The translations under genes and the position numbers were made by a program. Below the pieces are notes generated by a model. That model was given only the letters and a program-made list of their open reading frames with translations. It was not told the DNA's origin and did no database searches. From an uncultured Methanosarcinales archaeon (GTDB lineage: Archaea > Nanobdellota > Nanobdellia > Woesearchaeales > GW2011-AR4): 59,420 bases of DNA. Positions 27,126 to 36,740 of this stretch are shown one piece after another (position 1 is the stretch's first letter; the number at the start of each line of letters is the position of its first letter). The DNA lies in the NCBI GenBank assembly GCA_964469645.1, contig CAYXZV010000005.1, forward strand, positions 1-59,420, read 5' to 3'.

Positions 27126-29159
27126 ATGGAACTAAAACAGGTATGCCAGGAAATCCTGGAAGAGGCAAAGAAAAACAACGTCCAAGATTTAAAGAAATTT
27201 AACCGTATTAAACTTAAGGTTCTGAATAGATTGAAATATAAGAAAATCCCTAAAAACGCTACTATAGCTTCCTTAGCATCAGAACAAGACAAGAAAATAT
27301 TCAAGAAAATTCTTTCAATGAAGCCTGTAAGAACATTATCCGGTGTCGCACCTATTGCTTTGATGACTGACCCTTATCCCTGCCCGCATACGCTTAAAGG
27401 CATTGGCCCATGCACTTACTGTCCTGGAGGTCCCGGAAGCCCTTTTGGAGATGTTCCGCAAAGCTATACTGGCAAAGAGCCTAGTACTAGAAGAGCTATA
27501 AGAAACCATTACGACCCTTATCTTGGAACATTCAATAGGTTAGAACATTACATTGCTATGAATTCTGTTCCTGAGAAAACTGAAGTTATATTGCAAGGAG
27601 GAACTTTTCCTTTCATGCCCAATATCTACCAGGATTATTTTGTCAAGTACTTGCTTAAGGCGATGAACGACTTTTCAAGACTGTTTTACGATGAAAATGG
27701 AATTGATATGAAAAAATTCAATACTTTCTTTGAAATGCCTTCTGACATAAAAGACAAAGAAAGAACCGAAAGGATACAGAAAAAACTATTCCACATCAAG
27801 AATTTGGATCTAAGCGACAAAAAAACTTTGGATACAATAAATAATTTATTTTTTAATAATAATTCAATGAATAATGGAAATAAAAATATTGGGAAAAATA
27901 ATAATGAAATAATAGTACAATGGAAAAAATTCAATGAAAAAATAAACAATGAACAAAAAAACAATGAAAATAATAATTTAATTACAATAAAAAACTATTC
28001 AAATAATAATAAAAATAATAATATAAAAAATATTGAAAATAAAAATAATAATTCTAATGAACTAAACCCAAACATTGCAGCAATGAAAACAGTATTAAAA
28101 AAAGTCAACGAACAAAACAATAATTCTATCACATTAGAACAAGCCCAGAAAGAGAACGAAACCGCTAAAATTAGATGTATCGGATTGACAATAGAGACGA
28201 AAAGCGATTATGGAAAATTAATTCATGGGAATCAAATGCTGAAACTAGGATGCACAAGAATAGAATTAGGCATACAAAGCATTTATGATAAAGTTCTGGA
28301 AAAAACAAACAGAGACAACACTGTACAGGATAATATAGAATCAATAAGGATATTGAAAGACTTAGGGTTCAAGATAAATGCACATTACATGCCAGGTTTG
28401 CCTCTAACAACTAAAGCAATGGATCAAAAAGGACTAAGAGCACTATTTGAAGATCCTGATTACAAACCAGACATGTTGAAAATATACCCTTGTATGGTTA
28501 TGCCCGGAACTAAATTGTATGATGATTGGAAATCCGGAAAGTTTAAGCCGCTAACAACTAAAGAAGCTGCAGAATTGATTGCAGAGATGTTTTCTTACGT
28601 TCCTGAATGGTGTAGGATAATGCGCGTTCAAAGAGATATTCCAACTTATATGACTTCATCAGGAGTGGATAAGACTAATTTAAGGCAGTATGTAGATAAG
28701 ATATGCAAGGAAAAAAACATCAATCCAAGAGATATAAGAGCGAGAGAAGCAGGAATGAATAATAAAGACATATTAAAAAATATAAATATAAAAATAATTG
28801 AATATGAAGCATCTCATGGAAAAGAATTTTTTATTGAAGCAGAAGATGAGGAAGAAGATATTTTGATTGGATATTGCCGTTTAAGATTTTCATCCCAATC
28901 CTTAAGAAAAGAAATCACTAAAGATTCTGCTTTGATTAGGGAATTGCATGTTTATTCATTAGCAGTAGGGCTTGGCAAAACATCTGAAGACAGCTTACAA
29001 CATCGCGGAATAGGTAAAAAACTGATGGAAAAAGCAGAGGAAATAGTAAAACAAAAAGGAAAAAACAAAATTGTTGTAATAGCAGGTATTGGAGCAAGAG
29101 AATATTTCAAAAAACTAGGATATGAGCGTGATGGGCCTTACATGTCCAAACAAATATAA
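27126..29159 (+). CDS. elp3: Elp3 tRNA U34 acetyltransferase (radical SAM plus KAT) with Asn-rich insertion
   Basis: CPH...CTYC, QSYTG, GGTF, ELGIQS, LKIYP, RVQRDIP, IRELHVY, QHRGIG. Confidence 0.96.
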   Translation: MELKQVCQEILEEAKKNNVQDLKKFNRIKLKVLNRLKYKKIPKNATIASLASEQDKKIFKKILSMKPVRTLSGVAPIALMTDPYPCPHTLKGIGPCTYCPGGPGSPFGDVPQSYTGKEPSTRRAIRNHYDPYLGTFNRLEHYIAMNSVPEKTEVILQGGTFPFMPNIYQDYFVKYLLKAMNDFSRLFYDENGIDMKKFNTFFEMPSDIKDKERTERIQKKLFHIKNLDLSDKKTLDTINNLFFNNNSMNNGNKNIGKNNNEIIVQWKKFNEKINNEQKNNENNNLITIKNYSNNNKNNNIKNIENKNNNSNELNPNIAAMKTVLKKVNEQNNNSITLEQAQKENETAKIRCIGLTIETKSDYGKLIHGNQMLKLGCTRIELGIQSIYDKVLEKTNRDNTVQDNIESIRILKDLGFKINAHYMPGLPLTTKAMDQKGLRALFEDPDYKPDMLKIYPCMVMPGTKLYDDWKSGKFKPLTTKEAAELIAEMFSYVPEWCRIMRVQRDIPTYMTSSGVDKTNLRQYVDKICKEKNINPRDIRAREAGMNNKDILKNINIKIIEYEASHGKEFFIEAEDEEEDILIGYCRLRFSSQSLRKEITKDSALIRELHVYSLAVGLGKTSEDSLQHRGIGKKLMEKAEEIVKQKGKNKIVVIAGIGAREYFKKLGYERDGPYMSKQI

Positions 29160-29160
29160 A

Positions 29161-30114
29161 ATGCCAACAGAAATCCCAAATTCAGAAGAAATTGAATTCA
29201 AAGAGAAATTCATAGAACGTTATAAGAACTTAACAGACTTCAATGAATTTAAAAAATACTCTTTATCATTTCTTAGAAGATCAATCAGAATAAACACCTT
29301 AAAGATATCAGTAGAAGAACTAAAGAAAAGATTGGAGAAGAACTGGAACTTAGAGCAGATACCCTGGTGCCAAGAAGGATTCTATATTGAACATATAAAA
29401 AAAGAAAGAAGAGATATTGGAAATTTAATAGAACATTCTTTGGGTTATTTCTATACCCAGGAAGCAGCTTCTATGATCCCTCCTTTAGTTCTGGAGCCAA
29501 AGGAAACTGACGTTGTTTTAGATATAGCAGCTTCTCCAGGAAGCAAAACAACCCAGATAGCTGCAATGATGAAAAATAAAGGAATTTTGATCGCAAATGA
29601 TTATCAGATACCTAGGATAAAGCCTTTAAGCTTAAACCTACAAAGATGCGGAATAACTAACTGTGTAATTACATTGATGCATGGCCAGAGATTCTATAAT
29701 TCCAACATAAAATTTGACAAAATCTTGGTGGATGCACCTTGTTCCGGAACAGGAACCATAAGGAAATCTCTAAAAACATTAAGAATCTGGAATCCAAATA
29801 TGGTAAAACGATTGTCAATAACACAAAAACAGCTTATAGAGACAGCTTTCAACACATTAAAGCCAAACGGAACTTTAGTCTACTCAACATGCTCCAATGA
29901 GCCGGAAGAAAACGAAGCAGTAATTGATTTTTTACTGGATAAATATGATAATGCAGAAGTAGAAGAGATAAACTTGAAAGAGATAAAGAGAAGCAACCCA
30001 ATCTTAGAGTTTGACAACAATAAATATAATGAAGAAATAAAAAAATGCTTAAGAATCTGGCCTCAGGATAATGATAGTGAGGGCTTCTTTGTCGCCAAGA
30101 TAAAGAAATTCTAA
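29161..30114 (+). CDS. RsmB/NOL1/NOP2 family RNA m5C methyltransferase
   Basis: QEAASM, DIAASPGSKT, DAPCSGTG, YSTCS. Confidence 0.95.
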   Translation: MPTEIPNSEEIEFKEKFIERYKNLTDFNEFKKYSLSFLRRSIRINTLKISVEELKKRLEKNWNLEQIPWCQEGFYIEHIKKERRDIGNLIEHSLGYFYTQEAASMIPPLVLEPKETDVVLDIAASPGSKTTQIAAMMKNKGILIANDYQIPRIKPLSLNLQRCGITNCVITLMHGQRFYNSNIKFDKILVDAPCSGTGTIRKSLKTLRIWNPNMVKRLSITQKQLIETAFNTLKPNGTLVYSTCSNEPEENEAVIDFLLDKYDNAEVEEINLKEIKRSNPILEFDNNKYNEEIKKCLRIWPQDNDSEGFFVAKIKKF

Positions 30115-30801
30115 CTAATTCTTTTTCTTAGCAATCCTGGTTTTCTTAACTACTTTAAGCTTACGGCCTACTTTATGTCCGTTAGTAGCATGGCCATTTC
30201 CATTACCTAAAGAATGCCCATTCCCATTCAGAACCATAGAATGCCCATTACCAAGAGCATTACCTGCTGTAGCAAGACCATTGCCCATTTTGGCAAACCC
30301 ATTCGTTGCATGCAGCTCCTTTATCTTTTCCTGCAAGAACATAATAGTCTTATTGTTATCCTGTAAATTTAATAGGCTTCCGCATTCAGGACATTTAAAC
30401 TCAAAATCAGTAGCTTTGTCAAAGTTAACCCTTACACAAGCGCTTGGACAAAGGTATATATTGCCCCTATTAGCTTCCTCATGTGCAAGCCTTTCGGTAA
30501 ACTTCTTGATCTTAGAATAATGAACGTTCTTCATAAGATCCTTAATCCTTTTCTTGTTAAAGGTCCAGTAGCTTATATACCAGCCTTTCTGCCTGTCCTT
30601 TTTCCTGTAGTAAGTGACCAAATTATGGTTATAAAGCCTATACAGAATGTTCCGAATCTCATGAATATCAGATTTTACCTTTTCAGCTATTTTAAAATCA
30701 GAAATATTCTTCTTATCCTTAAGAAATTCAACTACTTTTAAACTATCTTCTCCAACTACTTCTTTTACTGTATCATATATTTTTGTGTTTGTTATTTTCA
30801 T
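30115..30801 (-). CDS. tfe: Transcription factor E (TFIIE-alpha) with low-complexity tail
   Basis: Winged helix IRNILYRL...GWYISYW and Zn ribbon CPSAC...CPECG. Confidence 0.92.
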   Translation of the reverse strand: MKITNTKIYDTVKEVVGEDSLKVVEFLKDKKNISDFKIAEKVKSDIHEIRNILYRLYNHNLVTYYRKKDRQKGWYISYWTFNKKRIKDLMKNVHYSKIKKFTERLAHEEANRGNIYLCPSACVRVNFDKATDFEFKCPECGSLLNLQDNNKTIMFLQEKIKELHATNGFAKMGNGLATAGNALGNGHSMVLNGNGHSLGNGNGHATNGHKVGRKLKVVKKTRIAKKKN

Positions 30802-31143
30802 TTTTAACTACATTACCCCACTATTAATTTTCTTAAATTACACCCCATGAATATGAAAAATCCCACCAAGGCTTATACAGGAGAAAAGAGGTGATCAAAA
30901 CTCCTACACATCCCTCGACGGTGGGATAATTGAAAATGATTCCAGCCTCTTGCCTCTATTGCTTGTTTTAATTCCACCCTTCCCAAAATTAGATGGGAAT
31001 ATTTAACCCCCTTTAATCGCTATAATCGGTCCAGAACTACATTCTGTTCAGTAGGACCTAGCAAAGAGTTTAGGCATCGCTACTATATAAATTCTCCTAT
31101 ACTCCAAAACCACCTTTTTAAAGTATTCATTGGAAAGCATATA

Positions 31144-31244
31144 TTTAAAGCTTTCGGTTTTTACGTGCCCGTACAACAGTGTATGGGGTGATAAACAAGC
31201 GACACACTTCGTGCGGTTCGGCGCTACGCTCAATCACCCGAGAC
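31144..31244 (+). repeat. Dispersed palindromic element, copy B
   Basis: TTTAAA, core ACGTGCCCGTACAACAGTGTATGG, CTTCG/CTACG motifs, CCCGAGAC. Confidence 0.7.
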
Positions 31245-31293
31245 TTCGAAGGTACAGAAAATTATATATAAACCATCTAAATAAGGCTAGAAG

Positions 31294-31728
31294 ATGGAAA
31301 AACAAAAATCAGCAGGCGCAATCGTCTTTATAAAGGAAAAAAAGCCTATTTACCTTCTTTTGCACTATGAGGAAGGGCATTGGGACTTCCCAAAAGGGCA
31401 TATCGAAGCAGGCGAGAGTGATACTGATACTATAAAAAGAGAAGTAAAAGAAGAAACCGGAATCAAAGATGTTGAAATTATAAGAGATTTTAAAGAAAAA
31501 ATGCAGTATTACTTCAAGTTTAACAATGAATTAATCAACAAAACTGTTGTGTTCTATTTAGCAAAAACAGAAACAAAGAAAGTAAAGCTCTCTTTTGAGC
31601 ATATTGGCTCAACATGGCTCCCTTACAAAGAAGCAATAGAAAAATTGACTTTCAAGAATGCAAAGGAAATATTAAAAAAGGCCAATAAATTTATAAAAAC
31701 AAATAAGACTTTGGATGAGTTTAGCTAA
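31294..31728 (+). CDS. NUDIX hydrolase, Ap4A hydrolase-like
   Basis: HWDFPKGHIEAGE...REVKEETG. Confidence 0.92.
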   Translation: MEKQKSAGAIVFIKEKKPIYLLLHYEEGHWDFPKGHIEAGESDTDTIKREVKEETGIKDVEIIRDFKEKMQYYFKFNNELINKTVVFYLAKTETKKVKLSFEHIGSTWLPYKEAIEKLTFKNAKEILKKANKFIKTNKTLDEFS

Positions 31729-32521
31729 AATGGCAGGAAGAATACAAAAAGCAAGAAAAGCATATGAAACTAAAGATATAGAATCAACAAAAAAAGCGCA
31801 TACAGCCAAAGCCATAAAATCTGCTGAAGAACATCATACATCTACAGGTTCTTATGTTGGTGATTTTGTCTATGGCGCAATAGATGGTTCTGTAACCACA
31901 TTTGCTGTTGTTTCCGGAGTTGCAGGAGCAGCATTATCCGCAAATGTTGTCATAATTCTTGGTTTAGCTAACTTATTTGCAGACGGCTTTTCGATGGCTG
32001 TTGGAAACTACTTAAGCTCAAAATCAGATAAAGAATTCATTGAAAAAGAACGCGCTAGAGAGGAATGGGAAATAAAGCATTATCCTGAAGGGGAAGTAGA
32101 AGAAATAAGATCAATTTTCAAGAAAAAAGGCTTCAAAGACAAGCAATTAGAAGCTGCAGTAAAAACCATAACTTCCAATAAAAAAGTATGGGTGGACACA
32201 ATGATGGCTGATGAGCTTAATCTTCTGGAAGATAAAACTTCTCCAGTAAAAAAAGGAGCAGTAACATTCATTTCATTTTTATTAGTTGGTGCAATACCTT
32301 TGATCCCTTATATACTATCATTTTTTTCTGAAGCAATAAAATCTAGTGTTTATACATTATCGATTATAATGACTTTCATAGCCTTCTTCTTCATCGGCTC
32401 TGCAAAAGTCTATGTAACAAAAAAGAACTGGTTAATTAGCGGCTTAGAAACCTTACTTGTAGGAGGAGCTGCTGCAATAATAGCTTATGCAATTGGATTT
32501 TTCTTGAGAGGATTGGCGTAA
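31715..32521 (+). CDS. VIT1/CCC1 family Fe/Mn transporter
   Basis: VYGAIDG, GLANLFADGFSMAVGNY, EREEWEI...PEGE. Confidence 0.92.
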   Translation: MSLAKMAGRIQKARKAYETKDIESTKKAHTAKAIKSAEEHHTSTGSYVGDFVYGAIDGSVTTFAVVSGVAGAALSANVVIILGLANLFADGFSMAVGNYLSSKSDKEFIEKERAREEWEIKHYPEGEVEEIRSIFKKKGFKDKQLEAAVKTITSNKKVWVDTMMADELNLLEDKTSPVKKGAVTFISFLLVGAIPLIPYILSFFSEAIKSSVYTLSIIMTFIAFFFIGSAKVYVTKKNWLISGLETLLVGGAAAIIAYAIGFFLRGLA

Positions 32522-32589
32522 GTATTGTCACTGTATAGTGGTTATAAAATAGAAAGATTTAAATAGTAGAAGTTTCTTTATAACTTCCT

Positions 32590-33579
32590 ATGAGTCTCGA
32601 ACTTGTATTACAGGATACACACACAGGACAGCTTCATGTAATTACAGGACCGACTATATTTGGGCGAGCGCCCACACCGGAAGGTTCTAAGGGGGTATTA
32701 CAAGTTGATGGTTCTAGAATAAATGTTTCCAGGAACCATTGCATTGTTGAACTTCAACCTAGTGGTTATGTTGTTAGAGATTTGGGCAGCACTAACGGAA
32801 CAGAGCTTACTACAAAATTGGGTTCCAACGAGAGAAGGCCTATTGGGATAGAGGATATCTTAGTATTGGATAGAAGTGAAGGTTGGGGTTATATGGTTGT
32901 TGGTATAAAAGACCCCAAAAAAAGCCATGCTCTTCTTATCGGCTATCCAGGTACACCTGGATCAGGGAATTATCTTCCAGGTGTTAAAAATGATATTGAA
33001 GCTATGAAGCCCGCACTGGAACAACGAGATTATTCTGATAGAACAACAGTTCTTTTTGATTATAATGCAACAGAATCAAATATAATGAATCAATTAGAAA
33101 GAATGGCCTCACAGTCAACGGAACATTCTCAAAATATAATCTATTTTACAGGACATGGAGCTAAGAATGGCCATATGTTGATAGCAGATGGTCTTTTAGA
33201 TCCACAGAAAATGCTTGACAAAATTGCAAATATCCCGGGAAATAAAGCGGTTGTTTTTGACATGTGTTATGCAGGTAATGTTCTTAACGAACAAAGTTAT
33301 AGGGTACCTCGTAATACACTTGTTCTAACAGCTTCTACAGAATATGAACAATCTGCAGAAGGTCAAATTGATCAGATTGGTGGAACTAAGAACGGATATT
33401 TCACTGGTGCTCTCCTTTCCGAACTCAATGATAACTCTAGGCCTGTTGACTTGCGTAGAGTAGGTATTAATCTACAGAAATTTGGTCTTCCGCAACATAG
33501 TATTAGCATACCTCAAAGCCCGATGCAGGGACATGAGGGTGTAATATGGTTTGTTATGGACCCTGTTGGATATAAATAA
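32590..33579 (+). CDS. FHA domain fused to a caspase/metacaspase (C14) domain
   Basis: FHA: FGR, SRNH, DLGSTNGT; caspase: ALLIG, NDI, YFTGHG, FDMCYAG. Confidence 0.85.
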   Translation: MSLELVLQDTHTGQLHVITGPTIFGRAPTPEGSKGVLQVDGSRINVSRNHCIVELQPSGYVVRDLGSTNGTELTTKLGSNERRPIGIEDILVLDRSEGWGYMVVGIKDPKKSHALLIGYPGTPGSGNYLPGVKNDIEAMKPALEQRDYSDRTTVLFDYNATESNIMNQLERMASQSTEHSQNIIYFTGHGAKNGHMLIADGLLDPQKMLDKIANIPGNKAVVFDMCYAGNVLNEQSYRVPRNTLVLTASTEYEQSAEGQIDQIGGTKNGYFTGALLSELNDNSRPVDLRRVGINLQKFGLPQHSISIPQSPMQGHEGVIWFVMDPVGYK

Positions 33580-33717
33580 AACTTCTATAGGAACTATCTA
33601 AACAGTATTATATTAGAAATATCAAAAAGCAGACAGATTTAGTATTCTTTAGAAATAAACCTCAGTAAATAAAAAAATACAAAAAACATTATAAACCAGT
33701 AAATTACAGTTCTTAAT

Positions 33718-35418
33718 ATGAAAAACCCCGAAGTAGCAGAACTTCTAAGGAATATAGCACAGTTATTAGAGATCAAAGAAGAATTAGTTTTCAAGATAAG
33801 AGCATATGAAAAAGCAGCTTTAGTTATAGAAGATCTTGACGAAGACATAGAAGAAGTATGGAAGCAAGGAAAATTAGATGATATTCCTGGAGTTGGTGAA
33901 GCTCTAACAAAAAAAATTTCTGAATTCCTGGAAAAAGGTAAATTAGAATATTATGAAAAACTAAAGAAAAAAGTTCCTGTCAAGATAGAAGAATTAGGCC
34001 GCGTTCAGGGTTTAGGCCCAAAAACCATTATGAAGCTCTATAAGGAACTCGGAGTTAAAAACCTTAAAGATTTAGAAAGAGCAGCGAAAAAGAAAAAAAT
34101 TGAAAATATTGAAGGTCTTGGTGAAGTAGTAGAAAAAAACATACTAAAGAGCATTGAATTTGTAAGATCTTCCGGAAACAGAATATTATTAGGAATTGCC
34201 TTAGATACAGCAGAAGACATTGTTTCTAAATTAAAGAAACTAAAAGAAGTAAATAAAGTAGAGGTTGCAGGATCTCTAAGAAGAAGAAAAGAAACGGTTG
34301 GAGATATTGATATCCTAGTCACAACAAAAAATCCAAACAAAGTAATTGATTTCTTTACAAAAGGTGCTGAACAAGTTCTAGCTAAAGGCCCGACAAAAGC
34401 TTCCGTTAGGCTTGAAGGAATGCAAGTAGACCTAAGAGTTTTACCTGAAAAACATTATGGTGCAGCTTTATTGTACTTCACAGGCTCTCAACAACACAAT
34501 ATTGCTCTAAGAAAGATAGCAATCAAAAAAAGAATGAAATTATCCGAATATGGTGTTTTTCTTAAAAAAGGCAATAAATTGATTGCAAGCAAAACAGAAG
34601 AAGAATGCTACAAAAAATTAGGATTAAAATACATTGAACCTGAAATAAGAGAAGATGAAGGTGAAATTCAATTAGCAATGAAAAACAAGCTTCCAAAACT
34701 TATAGGATACAATGACCTCAAAGGAGACCTGCAGATGCACTCTAAATATTCTGATGGCAATAATACAATAATGGAAATGGCACAGGCAGCAAAGAAATTA
34801 GGCCATGAATATATCTGTTTAACAGATCACATAGGAAAAACCTTCCAAATTGCAAATTCAATGAACGAAAAAAGAGTTAAAAAACAAAGAAAAGAAATTG
34901 ATAAAATAAAAATAAAAAATTTCACAATTCTACAAGGCGGTGAAGTGAATATTCTTGATTCTGGTAAATTAGACATAGAAAATAATGTTTTAAAACAATT
35001 GGACATAGTTTTAGCTTCTATCCATTCAGGATTCAAGAATCCAAAAGAAAAAATAACAAAAAGAATTACCAAAGCAATGGAAAACGAGCATGTTGATATA
35101 ATAGCACATCCTTCCGGGCGTTTGATCAACCAAAGACCTTCAATAGAATTAGATATTGATAAGTTATTGGAAAATGCTAAGAAAACCAACACAATATTGG
35201 AAATAAACGCTACTCCTCAAAGACTGGATTTAAAAGATATCCACGTAAAAGTAGCAATCAAAGCTAAAGTTAAATTATCCATAGGAACAGATTCTCATAA
35301 TGTTGATCAGTTAAGAAACTACAAACTAGGAATTGCAACTGCAAGGCGTGGTTGGTCAACAAAAAAAGACATAATTAACACTTATTCTGTTAAGGATATG
35401 TTGAAATTTTTGAAATAA
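33718..35418 (+). CDS. polX: DNA polymerase X with PHP domain
   Basis: HhH repeats, GSLRR, GDIDIL, YFTGS, MHSKYSDG, TDH, IIAHP, GTDSH. Confidence 0.95.
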   Translation: MKNPEVAELLRNIAQLLEIKEELVFKIRAYEKAALVIEDLDEDIEEVWKQGKLDDIPGVGEALTKKISEFLEKGKLEYYEKLKKKVPVKIEELGRVQGLGPKTIMKLYKELGVKNLKDLERAAKKKKIENIEGLGEVVEKNILKSIEFVRSSGNRILLGIALDTAEDIVSKLKKLKEVNKVEVAGSLRRRKETVGDIDILVTTKNPNKVIDFFTKGAEQVLAKGPTKASVRLEGMQVDLRVLPEKHYGAALLYFTGSQQHNIALRKIAIKKRMKLSEYGVFLKKGNKLIASKTEEECYKKLGLKYIEPEIREDEGEIQLAMKNKLPKLIGYNDLKGDLQMHSKYSDGNNTIMEMAQAAKKLGHEYICLTDHIGKTFQIANSMNEKRVKKQRKEIDKIKIKNFTILQGGEVNILDSGKLDIENNVLKQLDIVLASIHSGFKNPKEKITKRITKAMENEHVDIIAHPSGRLINQRPSIELDIDKLLENAKKTNTILEINATPQRLDLKDIHVKVAIKAKVKLSIGTDSHNVDQLRNYKLGIATARRGWSTKKDIINTYSVKDMLKFLK

Positions 35419-35516
35419 AAAACAAAATTCGAACTTTGTTCATAAAGAGTAGCAATTTACTTTTTTATTTTTTTATTCAAAATGCTTAAAAATGATTAAG
35501 TAAAGTACATGTTCTA

Positions 35517-36629
35517 ATGACAAATTTCGATGAAGAGATTAATCGAGCAGCTGAAAGAGAGGAAATAATTGAGACAAAAGAGTTAAAAAGAGCATATCGA
35601 TTAATTTCACATGTTGATGATAGCATATATAATTTTGCGAGTGGGCCAAGACCTGTCGATCTAAACAACCGTGAGATAGTAAGACCATGGATGGTTGACC
35701 TAATAAGAGCAGGTCGTTTGATTCATGATGCAAAAAAACATCATGAGAGAGTTAAAGAACTCGCTAACAAATTATATAGAGATATCAGAAACTTAAGAAA
35801 TCCCCCAAAAGGAGAAACAATCACCGGCTTTCTAACACAAGGAGAACTAGATACTTTATCGCTCGCTAATAACCTTGCGGCTGACCTCTCGAAAATAATG
35901 GAAGAGTATTTGAACACCCTTAAGTGGATTGGCAGCGGACAAACTAGAGAACGTGAAGTAACTTACGGTGGGCCACGTTTATATCCAGCACCTCATTTAA
36001 GGGCTGAACGGGCTAATCGGAGGTTTAAGAGCCTTCCAGAAATTCTTGATGATATTAAGTCTGTAATTGATGCATTACATGATTTATTGGCTATAGAAAA
36101 GAAAATGGAATCTTATTTTGAATTCGCTAGAGAGACTGGTCAAGAAGCTAAAAGGGAAGAAGTAATTGAAACCAGAGAATTGATGCATGCAAAACAAATA
36201 CTGACAAGAGTTCATAATTTTCTTGATGAACTGGGAAAACCACCTGATAGTGTTGCAGCAAGGTACTTAAATAATCCTGCAGTCTATAAGCCCTTAGGTC
36301 GTAATCTCGAAATTGCTGCTCGTCTTGTTGCAGACACCAATAGACACCACAAACATCTAAGCGAACTTGCTGAGAGAATATACCGTGCTTTAAGCGCCTC
36401 TTTGACTGAGGAGGAAATAAAGACTCTAAGATTAATATACCATCATATGAGAGACAAACTTTCTGGCATAGTCGATGAATTAGACCGTGTTATCAAAAGT
36501 GTTGGTAGTGGCCATAGTTATTCAAGTGATGTGAGATCTGACCTTCTTAAAGTTCTTCCTGAAATTGACGATGTAATCTACGTATTAGATCATTTTAAAT
36601 CCATAGAAAGGAAACTGCAAGGCAGATAG
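35517..36629 (+). CDS. Orphan helical protein with internal duplication
   Basis: REEIIETKEL...HH-R..ELA-KLYR and REEVIETREL...HH-H..ELA-RIYR. Confidence 0.7.
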   Translation: MTNFDEEINRAAEREEIIETKELKRAYRLISHVDDSIYNFASGPRPVDLNNREIVRPWMVDLIRAGRLIHDAKKHHERVKELANKLYRDIRNLRNPPKGETITGFLTQGELDTLSLANNLAADLSKIMEEYLNTLKWIGSGQTREREVTYGGPRLYPAPHLRAERANRRFKSLPEILDDIKSVIDALHDLLAIEKKMESYFEFARETGQEAKREEVIETRELMHAKQILTRVHNFLDELGKPPDSVAARYLNNPAVYKPLGRNLEIAARLVADTNRHHKHLSELAERIYRALSASLTEEEIKTLRLIYHHMRDKLSGIVDELDRVIKSVGSGHSYSSDVRSDLLKVLPEIDDVIYVLDHFKSIERKLQGR

Positions 36630-36740
36630 AGGCTGGGCAGCAAAAAAAGATATAATAAACACGAATTCTGTCAAAGATATGCTTAAGCAATTGAAATAAA
36701 TTCAAAAAATATATAAAGCTCCTATCTGCATCATAACTAA

